Source of the DNA: Bugula neritina
Taxonomy: Eukaryota; Animalia; Bryozoa
NCBI GenBank assembly: GCA_964035545.1
Contig: OZ037768.1
Location: 18,087,700 to 18,151,699, forward strand
Direction of reading: 5' to 3'
DNA length: 64,000 bases
Position numbers and translations under genes: made by a program. Shown here piece by piece: positions 52,101-64,000 of the stretch; the first letter of the stretch is position 1, and every line of letters begins with the position of its first letter. A model generated the notes under the pieces. The model searched no databases. It was not told the DNA's origin and worked only from the letters and a program-made list of their open reading frames with translations.

Positions 52101-53954
52101 AACGTAATCTAAATACTTACTTTAATTTCATGTATGTACCTTTGGCAATAATACTTATTTTTAGCCATTTACATGTTGACCATTTAACTAAAGTAATACT
52201 TTTACAGAATTTTAGCAGTGTGAAACAAAAAGTAATGTCAACTTACTTGTTTTCTAACAGCTGGTCCAATATTTAGCTTTCTGTCCTTGAAGACCAAGTT
52301 CTCGGACTCTTTGGTAATAATTTTTTCAGCATCTTCTTGGGTTTCAAATGTGACAAAGCCATAACTATGTGAAATTAATTATTGTATGCTACCTCATGGA
52401 TTGATGATGAAGCCAGGAAAAGAATAACAATACTCTAATGTCAATACATTCTCTTCAATTTAGAATTCAGAGAACACAGAATTAAACATGCAAAATTAAG
52501 AAACAGAATATAATTAGTGAACAATGCAATAGCTATATTATATTTTATTTTACCCTTTGGAAACTCCTGCTCGATCACAAATAATTTTTGTATCTTTAAC
52601 AGCTCCATAGGCAGAGAAGAACTCTTTTAGTTGCAAATCAGTTGTCTAAATGAAAAATAGTTGCTTATATGGTTGCAATTGACATTCAAAGGTGATAGTA
52701 ACAGCTTTATAAAAAAGTAAGTACACCAATAAAGTTATACCTGCGTAGCAATGCCACCCACAAATATGCGATTCGGGATCACTGTGCCAGTTTTGGGAAC
52801 TTGATTAGAGGCCACAGATGGGGCCAAATTCGTTGCTGAAAGATCAGCTGCACACAAAGCCTAAAAAGAGTTAAAATTTATTACAGCCCCTAACTTTTAG
52901 TGGGGTTGGAAATGATACCAGAACTACAAGTAAAATGCAGCATACAAGCACAAAATAAAAAAAAAATTGAAAATATAATATTAAAAGTTCAACTTGAAAT
53001 TGTTTTCTATTTGCTTATAATATTGTTAGCACCTTTTAATTTATAGCACATACAATTCTATGAAATGTTCAATTTAATGGGATAATTTTTTTAAAATGTT
53101 TTAACTTCTCTAATCATAATTATTAATCATCATTTAAAAACAGTCCATTGTGGCTTTTACTTCAAGTTTTTATTGGCTTAATCTTTATACTTAAATTCAA
53201 TTTTAGGTTTCCTATATGTCAATGTTGGTTCAAATTTTATTTAAAAAAATAAAAATATAGATCATTGCAATTGTCAGTCACTATCATTTTTATATTGTTT
53301 AACTTTTAGTACTATGAATAATCAAATTAAAAGTATATAATCATAATGGCATTACCATCAGTATTGGCATAAATAGTAATATTTAAATTTAAATTGTAGC
53401 ATCAACATTAACTTTAGGTTTAAAAACTGGGCTTCCAGTTATTCTTAAATATTAATAGTAATACATTTAAACATTAACATCTAAAGATGTTATGGCCATG
53501 TACATTTTTACTTACAAAATTAAATTTATTACTTTCACTTTTAGTTAATCAAACTATAAAGCTACCACATTTAGGTTTCCTCTCACACTGTAACTTTTAC
53601 CTTAGGTTAAAAATTCAAATAGATAAACTTCTGACTATTTCACTCAAGCTGTAACTGCAAGTGCAACTGTAAGCTTTACTTTTAGCAACAACATTGTTCA
53701 AGTTTTCGTTCAATTTTGACCCAAGTTCAAGTTTTTGACTTTCAGTTTTACAGGAGAATAACCATAAGATTAGGTACAATGTGAATGAATAAATTAAAAC
53801 ATAAGTTATGAAAATTATCATTACATTTAGTTTCACCCAGTACTGATTACTATAAACTATAAAGTATAAGCATAACACAAACAGTCTAACACTAACTGAG
53901 TGACTATGAATTAATATTTTAATTAAATATAATAGTATTAATACTACTTACCAT
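49138..53954 (-). CDS. BOLL: Boule (DAZ-family RRM protein), 10 coding exons, about 389 aa
   Basis: Exons 53954-53952 (ATG only), 52860-52741, 52645-52554, 52364-52247, 51749-51728, 51608-51487, 51359-51258, 50351-50271, 49870-49745, 49521-49138. The boule-type RRM reads GTVIPNRIFVGGI...DRAGVSKGYGFVTFETQEDA...KLNIGPAVRKQ, followed by a P/Q/A/Y-rich tail. Confidence 0.93.
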
Positions 53955-54339
53955 ATCTAACGCGAAAATAACCAACAAAATAAACCAACAAATACAAAAA
54001 ATTATTAGCAGTAAAACAAAAACATCGGTTGAGAACTTCAACCTTAACTCAACTGAACAACAAGCAAGCGATCAACAGCTGGCAATAAAGCTCTTCTGCT
54101 GCAATTATTGTGGCTGGTGGGCTTTCAGTTTTGGATTGTTCGAAAGCAGTTTTTTAGGGGTAGCAACAATAAATCTTTTTAAAATATCTTTAAAATTAAA
54201 GCATTAAAAAAACGATAAAAATATTTTTTAATACAAATTTATAAATTTGTTTTTTAGTTATTAAAAAAAACAATTGTATAACATATAACTAATTAATTTA
54301 TCATCTTCAAAATAAATGTCACACCTTTGATGAAATATG

Positions 54340-54385
54340 TCAGTGATCACGTGAGCGGTCTGCTGGCTAAAATGGCGCTTGTCAC
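54340..54385 (+). promoter_or_regulatory. Promoter-like motif cluster upstream of and divergent from boule
   Basis: E-box TCACGTGA (about 54346-54353) and YY1-type AAAATGGCG (about 54369-54377) in a locally CpG-rich patch. Confidence 0.45.
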
Positions 54386-54623
54386 TAGCAAGAACTTGAT
54401 TTAGTATTCAACACTGCAAATATACTGAATTTCAAAGTTGTCCTCTCATAACTAAACGCTGTTGCGCCTGTTCAAGTTAGACCTAGCATAATAATAATTA
54501 TTATGTCGATAATAACAATAATATGTTTATAAACTATAATATTAAGCACTCTATACTCCAATGCCTAGACTTTTGTTTGTATAATATTATAGTAAATAGG
54601 TGAAGAATATATTTTTTAGATGC

Positions 54624-55600
<977 letters not shown>

Positions 55601-56245
55601 GTTATTATATTATTTTACTGAGATTATTGTTTAACAATAATACAGTCACCAATTCTTGAAATATAACTGTATATAATTGTGCCCAACAACTCCTGGTTTA
55701 AGTTTTAGGTTTAAATAGGTTATGGAGGTTGAAACTATTTCTAAATTCTGATTTAATCTAAAAATGCTTTTGATCAATCTTAAAAGCTAACATTAACCTG
55801 ACAAAAATTAAAAATGTTAATTTGATAAAGGAGCTGACTTGTGCAAATTGCCACAAATTCTACTTTATAAACTGTTATTGTATATATCACTCTCTTTTGT
55901 TACTTAGCCTACACTTATGATTAGTATGGCACACAAGTCTATTGCAAGCATTATTGTGCAATAATTGTTTACATTTTTTGTCACTTTTTATTGGCTAATG
56001 GATAGTGCCTATTCTGCACAGTCATGCACAGTGTGGAATGCGGTAGCATTTTCTAGTCATATCAATTTAGTATAAAAGCAGATGCTTTACTTGTAAAAGT
56101 TAAGTTCTTTTTCAGAAGTTCAACAATAAAGTTCTATTATACCACACAGCTCAACAAAGACCATTATATTACGCCAGGACATCTCATCTCTAATTCTGGT
56201 AGAGAAAGACATCTTGATATTTTTAGATATTTCTAAATTGAACCG

Positions 56246-56613
<368 letters not shown>

Positions 56614-57143
56614 TTTGTGACACAAATAATAATTGCAGCTTTTAGGCATGAAATGCATAAGCCTGCAGAAGTTGCAATAAAACCATATATTTTAACCAAT
56701 CTGAATACTGTGGTTCATACATTCAAATTGTTTCTCTTTTTAGCAAAAAGTGCATAATAACTGTCATTTCTGAAACCACATAATATAAAGGTTTTCTAAT
56801 ATCTTCAGACCTTTTATATTGTATATCTACAACCTGCATAGTGTGAAGCAATGAAAATATTTAAAATATTTCATTGTTAGATATTAGCCATTAAATTTTT
56901 ATTATCCAATAATTGCACATAATATTTTAATTGAAGGTGTCGATGACTTTGACACCTGCCAGCGTGTGTAGTTTTCTACTTTGTGGTTCTAATTGCCAGA
57001 AAGGACTTCAAAACAAACCGTATAACATCTCTGAATTTACTTTTATAGCCCTATTATTTATAATTTATAGCAATTGGTCTGATCAACGAATTTTTTTTTG
57101 GTTAGGAAAAGCCAGTTAATAAAGTTACATGTTACAATGGATC

Positions 57144-57541
57144 CTCAAATCAGCTGTGATTTAGGGGTTAAAGCATTTGCCTAGTAAACACCAGGTCATG
57201 GGTTCAAGCCGGTCAAAGGCCATTGGTGATGTTAGGAAGAGCATCCAGTCATAATAATTGCTCCTGCGCCATATCTGAATAAGTCCCCAGTCTGATTTAA
57301 CAAAAAACCCTTCTATCCGGGTTTTTTCACAGGGATGGCAACTATAAACTTCCGAGAGTTCTATACGACAAATTTTAGCAAAAATTCAAATACATTATAC
57401 CATATTATACTCACTAGGAAGAGCATCCAGTCATAATTGCTCCTGCATGTGACTCATCTGAATAAGCCATTAGCACGATTTAACAAAAAACCCATCCACC
57501 AGGGGTTCTCACAAAGATAGCGACTATAAACTTCCGTGAGA
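57144..57541 (+). mobile_element. tRNA-derived SINE insertion with internal partial duplication and 12-bp TSD
   Basis: Head TTAGGGGTTAAAGC...GGTTCAAGCC. The body TAGGAAGAGCATCCAGTCATAAT...CTATAAACTTCCG occurs twice (about 57233 and 57415). TSD TTACAATGGATC at 57132-57143 and 57542-57553. Confidence 0.85.
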
Positions 57542-59322
57542 TTACAATGGATCTAAAAAGCAAAGTGTTGCTTGGCTTGTTGTTATTAAAGTATCTAACA
57601 ATTTAACATTTCTCTAATGTTAAATTGTAAATTTCATGTTTTAAGGTGAATTAGACTGCAATTATTATGAATAGTTTCAAATAAATAGTATGTTCAAAAA
57701 TATAGTAAAGGTAATATATGCATTTTTTATAATATTTTAGAGCTAATAGAATAATTATATCTGTATAAAATACTTCAGAAAACAATGCAAGCATTGCTCT
57801 TCTGCAATGACACGTCTGATAACTTAATATTGTTTTTAGGCTGATGGAATCTTGAGAAAATGAAATTGATAGATTAAGTAAGTCAATGTTTCTATAAATT
57901 GTGCAATAATAAAATGCTGTATTATTTAGCTAAATATATTATGTTGTACATTCAGTGGTAAAAGTGAGAAATTCTCTCCCATCTGCTTAGAGTCCCTGTA
58001 ACTCCCTAATCTCTCACTACATTTAATAGGAGGGAATTGATGATTAAAAGGTGAATGGCTTGACTTGAAGCTGCAGTGATAAAGCCCATGACATGTTAAA
58101 AGCCAAAACTCATAAGTTTTTCAAAATGGCAGAGTTCATTTGTCTATAAAGCATTGATACCAAACATGCTGTTGTCATATTTATAAAAAAATTTAAAATT
58201 TTAACATTTAATAACAGATTGCATATATCTACACTAAACTGTTTTTTTCTTCAAAATATTTGTTTGATTGATACAAAAACTGTTATAGAATTTAAAAGTA
58301 CACTTTTTGATTTGCTTCTGGCTGGAAGGGTTTGGAATCTGAGTTGAACATTTTTGTTTGTATTTCTTGATGGACAGCATTTTGTTATTTTTACAATATA
58401 ATATCAATTTGTATAAAACGAAACTACTGTATATTAATTACTATATTATCAATTTTGTATCAATTTTTCTATAAATTGTGAAATAATAAAATGATAATAT
58501 AGGCTATAGCTTTTGTCTAAGTAATGGGTAATTACTTGGGCAAATTTCCATGGCAGTAATTACTTGGGCAAATTTCCATGGCATACAAAAATGGGATATT
58601 TCCACTGCTGTTTGTTGGCATATTGATTTATTCAAAAAAATTAACTTCTCCTGCAATATCTCCTGTGCTTGCATGAGCATCACTGCAAAAATGTCGTTGG
58701 TAAATTTATATAGTGTATAGCATATAAAATGGAAGTATATATAGCTAACATGGAAACTTTTGGAACTTAGTGGGAAATTGATGTTCTTTGTTACAACTGG
58801 AGCAAATTAGTATAGGAAAACTCCTTTAGCACTTTTGCATTTGGTCAGCAAAAAAATTGTTGCATTTTTGGCCGCACAATTGTGCAACATGAAAATATTT
58901 CATGCTGTGTTTGGCAGTACTATTAACTTCTTCATTATTTCATTTTTCAGAAAATGCATATGACCCTCTTTAACAGCAGTAGACTATTGACTTATTATAA
59001 GTGAATTAATGGCTGCACTACGTTGTATTTGTCTGGTAATAATGGAATGGAATAAATTGGTTGTTGCTTTTAGCTTGTTTTATTTAAATTCTATGAGCCT
59101 TTCAAAGTTGTTCTCTCTTTATTAATAGCAATACGAAAAGATGACGATGATTGAAATAGAAGTTATATTAATTTACGCGCAAAATCCAATTACAAAAAGT
59201 TTGGAGCCCAAGTAGCGACTAAACTTTTTCATCAATTAAAATCAAGATGTCAGCCCCCTGCTGTCTTTCCTAACTCAGTAATTACAGTCAATTCATGGCT
59301 AACAAGCCTTGCCATTCTTAGA

Positions 59323-62300
59323 ATGGCAATGGCGGACATTACCAAAACTTGGAAAAAGCTTGAAAGTGATGTTTATACAAATTTGATAAAACTTGTGTGG
59401 GGTGATACTGTTCAAGATGAAGTCTTCTTGCGTTGGGCTCAAGGTAAAAACTAAAGACTAAAACTAAAAGTAAAAGTAAAAGAGTTGAAGTAAAACTTTC
59501 CTTTTCACTTTGACTTTAGTTTTTCCGAATCAGTTTGAGTTTCCCTTTTACTTTGAGTTTGAATTTTAATTTGACTTCAACTTAGTGTTAGTCTAACACC
59601 CACAATAACGCAGTTAGCTGGATAGGACTACTGATTAGTTATACTTATTATATTAATATTTAAAATTAATATTAATAAAATAATTATTTATTAATTATTA
59701 ACATACTCTTACAGTTACTATTACTATTAGTATTACTGATTATTAATTAGTTAAATTACTATAAGTATAAATATAGCTTAGTATAAGTCTACAAGTATTA
59801 TTATTAGTGTTACTGTTAGTGTTACTTGGAATTTATAATCTCATTATAAATACTAAAAGTAAAACTAAAAGTAAAGCAGTTTTACTAAAAGTGAAATAGT
59901 TAATATTTCAATTGCACCAACACCACTCGATTTCCCAGTCCCTCATCAAAACTTTCAAACTCAGTCACGATGACAATTTTAATTCATTACTCAGATTACA
60001 TTAAGATACTCCCACTGCCACTAATTCTGACTAATTTTAAACCTAGAAGTATATTTTAACTTCTATGATATAAAAATAAATATTTACTACTAGTATTAGG
60101 CTAATAATTATAGTTATACTATTAGTATTGCTCATGAGCTATGGTAATACTAACTGACTTTGCCTGTTAATAACATTATTATGATTATAGTTAGTATTAC
60201 TGTAATACCATAACTATTAGCATTAATAATAGTATAATGCTTATGGTTATCACAAAGAGTATTTATATTATCAAAATGTGTTTTTTAATGTTTTATATTT
60301 TTATGGCAAAGTTGGCTGTTTTGTTTAAAGTAAAATTAAAACTTTATATTTAGGCTTTCAGTTCACAGAAGGTGAGCCTTCTGCATTAATGCAGATAAGT
60401 GGAGGACCATGTGCTGTTATTGCTCCTGTGCAAGCGTACATTCTAAAAAATATGTTGTTTGCTCAAGAGAATGCAGAAGAAACTGTTATTGATCTTAAAG
60501 CAAAATCAAGTGAGTATTTGTTTAATAACTGATATTTGATTTTCAAGTTTTACCAGCATTAAATTGCATTGATTAGTTTATAAGGTTTATTCTGTGACTG
60601 CAACTGTTATAGTATTGATTAAAGAAATTATACATTTTCCAAAATTTATTATACATTTTCTAATTTTTGTTGATGTAACTGAGTTTTAGAAAAGCTTAGA
60701 TCATTGCTTTGAAAATTTATTTTTCAATGATTGAATGTTAATTTTATCCTTAAACATTTTTTAATTCATTTTTAAGTTTTCAAAGTATGTATGGCAGTGA
60801 CTCTTGATAAAAACAGCTAAGAGATATTTTATAATCACAGGTGAAAAAGTTATGATTTTCAATATACACTTCAATTTCATTGATAATAGTTACATGAGTT
60901 CGTAGCAGAAGAAAATTTTTTATTATCAAATGGTGTAAAGCAAACAGTCTGATAACTCTATTCAAAGTATAGCACAGCCATTAAAGAAGATTTATCTTTT
61001 CTGTAGCTAGTGAAACCAAAAAGGTATTAGGGGATTCCCTACTGGATATACTAGGTAATGTAGCCAAAGGTGACACTGTGAAGTTGATAGTTCATTCAAA
61101 CCACTGCACCTCAACAGAGTCCACACCCAGCACTAGTCATGACTCGAACTGTGATGGGGAATCTAGTCACAAGCGACCTAAACTTTTCAGTTGCAATGAT
61201 TTTCATAAGCAGTTAGTGTAAGTGCTTTGTTTTATGGTTATATAATATTTAATGACATTTTCTAAGTTTGATTGTAAGTTTAAACTTTTAGAGTTCTTGC
61301 TGTGATAATTTTGCAATGGTTGATTAAAAATTGTTTACTCCTAATTAATTGTAATAGAAGTTAAAGTTTACATAACTGTTGGTTAATTGAAAAATATAGT
61401 ACTCCATACATGCATGGAAGTCATAGTAAGCATAATTTTTGCACATGCGCTTTTTGTGGTGTTTACAAATTTGATTTCAATGAGCAGTAAAGCTACAAAG
61501 GAGTAGTCGGGCATGTGAAATTAACTGAAACTCGGTACTCAAGCACCTCAAGAGTTATTCTCCATTGTTTTCACTCTAATTATTAAATATTTTTATTTCG
61601 TTAAAATGATTTTAGTTTTGTTGCTGCAATTTCAAAGTTTGAGATAATTAATCAATTAAACGGAAAATTTCTTTTGTAGGTATAAGGAATATTTATTAGA
61701 AAGTTTTAAAGATTCCATAGATTGGTATGTGGAACACGTTATGGGAGACTTTGGTGTGCTATCTCTTCTCTACTCTGCACTGTATACATATGTATGTGTT
61801 ATTTCTTATAAGTGAATGTCACTCCTAAGGTTTTAGCTATTGCTTTCTTATAACTCATTTTGCTTACTCTCTATATCATAGTTCTATGTTGTGTTCAGTT
61901 AAATATATGCTATAAAATACTAGAGATACAAGGATTAATGTTTCTGACATCCACTTTCATGTATCGTTTGGGATTACTTCTTCATGTGGTCATTAAGATT
62001 AATTAATTTTAAAAAAATGGCATCTTTTAGGTGTGTTAAGTTAATTGCTACAAAATTGCTTACAGTTTATAGAAATTATAAAACAGTTTTGCTGACACTT
62101 TATTTTGGCTCACTTTCTGCACTCTTTCAGCATTTCTTTCTCACCAGTTTGGTTCTGAAATTATTTGGCTGTAAAAATTGCTGACTCAGCATATATAGTT
62201 GACGAAATTATTCTTTGATACTTGGTATAGATTAGTTTTACAGCTATAATCACAATGGTTGTTTGATGTTTTTTAGGGTTTAGACAATATAAAAGCTGTG

Positions 62301-63762
62301 GTTGACGAGTCTTTAATAGATTCGACTCATGGTCATGGCGGGTAAGTAGATACCATATTACAGCAGATCTGTAGTAGTCACTTGATTTCTTTCTCATATG
62401 CTGTAAGTGAGGCAGCTGTGAGTACTGCATGTGTAGCAGACTTATTCGCTTACCTGTTTCTTCTACTTGACAGGCAGTGTTTGGTTAATTTGTTGCTGAC
62501 CGGAGAGGCTACAGCCCATGTGTTTGATGGTGAAAAGGATGCAGGGGGACTCAGTAAGTGTGCACCTTCTCTGTCTGTAGATTTGGTTGTTGTATAGATA
62601 TTTTGTACAATGGTCACAAACCTTTACGTAAAACAACACTCTATGAAATCATGAAAATGTTTCTTACGTCTACTTTAGTCTATTATTGCTTAATGTAGGT
62701 AGACTACACGTACTTTGTCACACATAAATCTTTGTGTAAAATGAAACTCCAACTTTTCGTTCCTCACTCTCCACATGCTAATTGCATGAGGTTGTTGAGA
62801 CTATATAACAACTAGCTACAATGTTTCCATTTCGATTGCATATCACAGATCCCGGATTTTGAAACGAATCAAGTGGTAACCTCTATCTATTTGTAGAGCT
62901 CATGGGAGTATCAACTCAATCTCAGATTGGCTTTTTAACTTTGATGGAATCTCACAGATATATCGAGGTGAGAGCTGTAATATGTTGAGCAAACTTTGGT
63001 TAAATCTGAGCCAAGTATCTGTAAAGCATAGCATGTGTTACTTTGATGAAGTATAATGTGCTGTTGATCATTCTACAGGTTGGGTGGCACTTGAAGAGCC
63101 CCCTTTATCCCATATGGATTATAGGTAGCGAGACTCATCTCACTGTTCTATTCTCACAGGTGATCTACTCATTCAGATTATTACACCTCTACAGGCATTT
63201 AATTTCATATCTTGTATGTGGTAGATCCTAGAAATGTTTTATATTTGAATTGTTATGTTATGCAGTTATTACTAGAGAGAAAATCTATATTATTTCATAT
63301 ACTATATAAATTGATTTTATGTAATTGGTTATTGTTGCAGGATAAAGAAGCTGTGTCGGAAGATAAAAAGGCAGCTATAATGAAGGTAGTGAACAGCTAT
63401 GATACAGAGGGGAATGGATTTATAAACTCGGCATACCTTTCTGATCTCATGTCTTCCTTAAATCTTTTATCAGAACCTGAGGAATAGTGAGTGAATACAA
63501 CTCATTCGACAATCAGATGTTTGTTTAAAATATTACATCTATATAAATTTATTTGTCTTACGGGTGTTAGCCAGGACTATGTTTTTTATTTTGTAGTGTT
63601 GACATTATAAAGAACAAGCTCGACTCGGAAGGTTTAGGAATTATTTTAGTGAGCTCATTCATGGAAGAGTTTTTTCCAAGAGACCAGAATGACAATGATG
63701 AACCCAAAACATTTTATTTGTATCATTACAATGGAATAAAAAGATCAAATAATTCTAACAAG
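59323..63762 (+). CDS. MINDY3: Deubiquitinase MINDY-3 (FAM188A), first 10 coding exons; continues past the right edge
   Basis: Exons 59323-59443, 60354-60509, 61007-61217, 61680-61791, 62277-62341, 62474-62553, 62897-62967, 63079-63159, 63341-63486, 63597-63762. Motifs RWAQGF, catalytic Q..GGPCAVIAPVQA, HGHG, LKSPLYPIWIIGSETHLTV, EF-hand-like DTEGNGFI and YHYNG. Confidence 0.95.
59445..60240. repeat. Periodic quasi-palindromic tract in MINDY3 intron 1
   Basis: Starts at the donor with AAACTAAAGACTAAAACTAAAAGTAAAAGTAAAAG, followed by mirrored TTTGAC/TTTGAG runs and (TAN)n blocks. Confidence 0.8.
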
Positions 63763-64000
63763 GTAACATATTTATTGAACTTGTAATTGATATAGTTTTT
63801 AGCTGCTAGCATTCTTACAGTCTTGTTTTCTTGTCATTTTTAAAGCCGAAATTTTCATATTGACATTTTCCTCACATTACGGTATGGCTGTATTCATATT
63901 TTCTTAAATACTCAGCAGCTTTTCTTGTCACAAATTTGCTTACTTTTGTGCAATATAAAATGGAACATTCCCTGCGTCTCCATGCTTAGCATTATGTGAA

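Noticed and set aside
57950-58100. Possible H/ACA snoRNA
   Set aside because: There are hairpin hints and a terminal ACA, but no clear H box or rRNA target that I can verify by eye.
63484-63487. Apparent premature TAG stop in MINDY3 at the end of ORF 63212-63487
   Set aside because: The exon ends at TA|GTGAGT and splices to T at 63597, giving TAT (Tyr). The gene is intact.

Overview
AT-rich, intron-rich animal genomic DNA. The compact, gene-dense layout suggests an invertebrate, possibly a lophotrochozoan (inference only). I spliced nine protein-coding genes by hand using GT-AG junctions and exon phases: FLOT2 (5' part, -), PPP4C (+), EEF1AKMT4 (-), OTC (+), a Hillarin-type LIM/transglutaminase-like gene (-), a GALNT1/13-like gene (-), HAUS4 (+), BOULE (-) and MINDY3 (5' part, +). 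Introns carry several MITEs with clean TIRs and TSDs, a 2.56-kb CAC-terminated long-TIR element, two copies of a tRNA-derived SINE, minisatellites, and an opposed (TG)487/(CA)n pair. The most unusual signal is a set of 0.3-1 kb tracts of drifting 3/6-bp-periodic, quasi-palindromic DNA, roughly (TAN)n. They lie beside the inferred 5' ends of eight of the nine genes (not Hillarin), and I found none inside later introns. They contain perfect fold-back palindromes, which suggests a promoter-linked template-switching process or an undescribed promoter-flanking element. Most ORFs in the supplied track are artefacts of introns and repeats.
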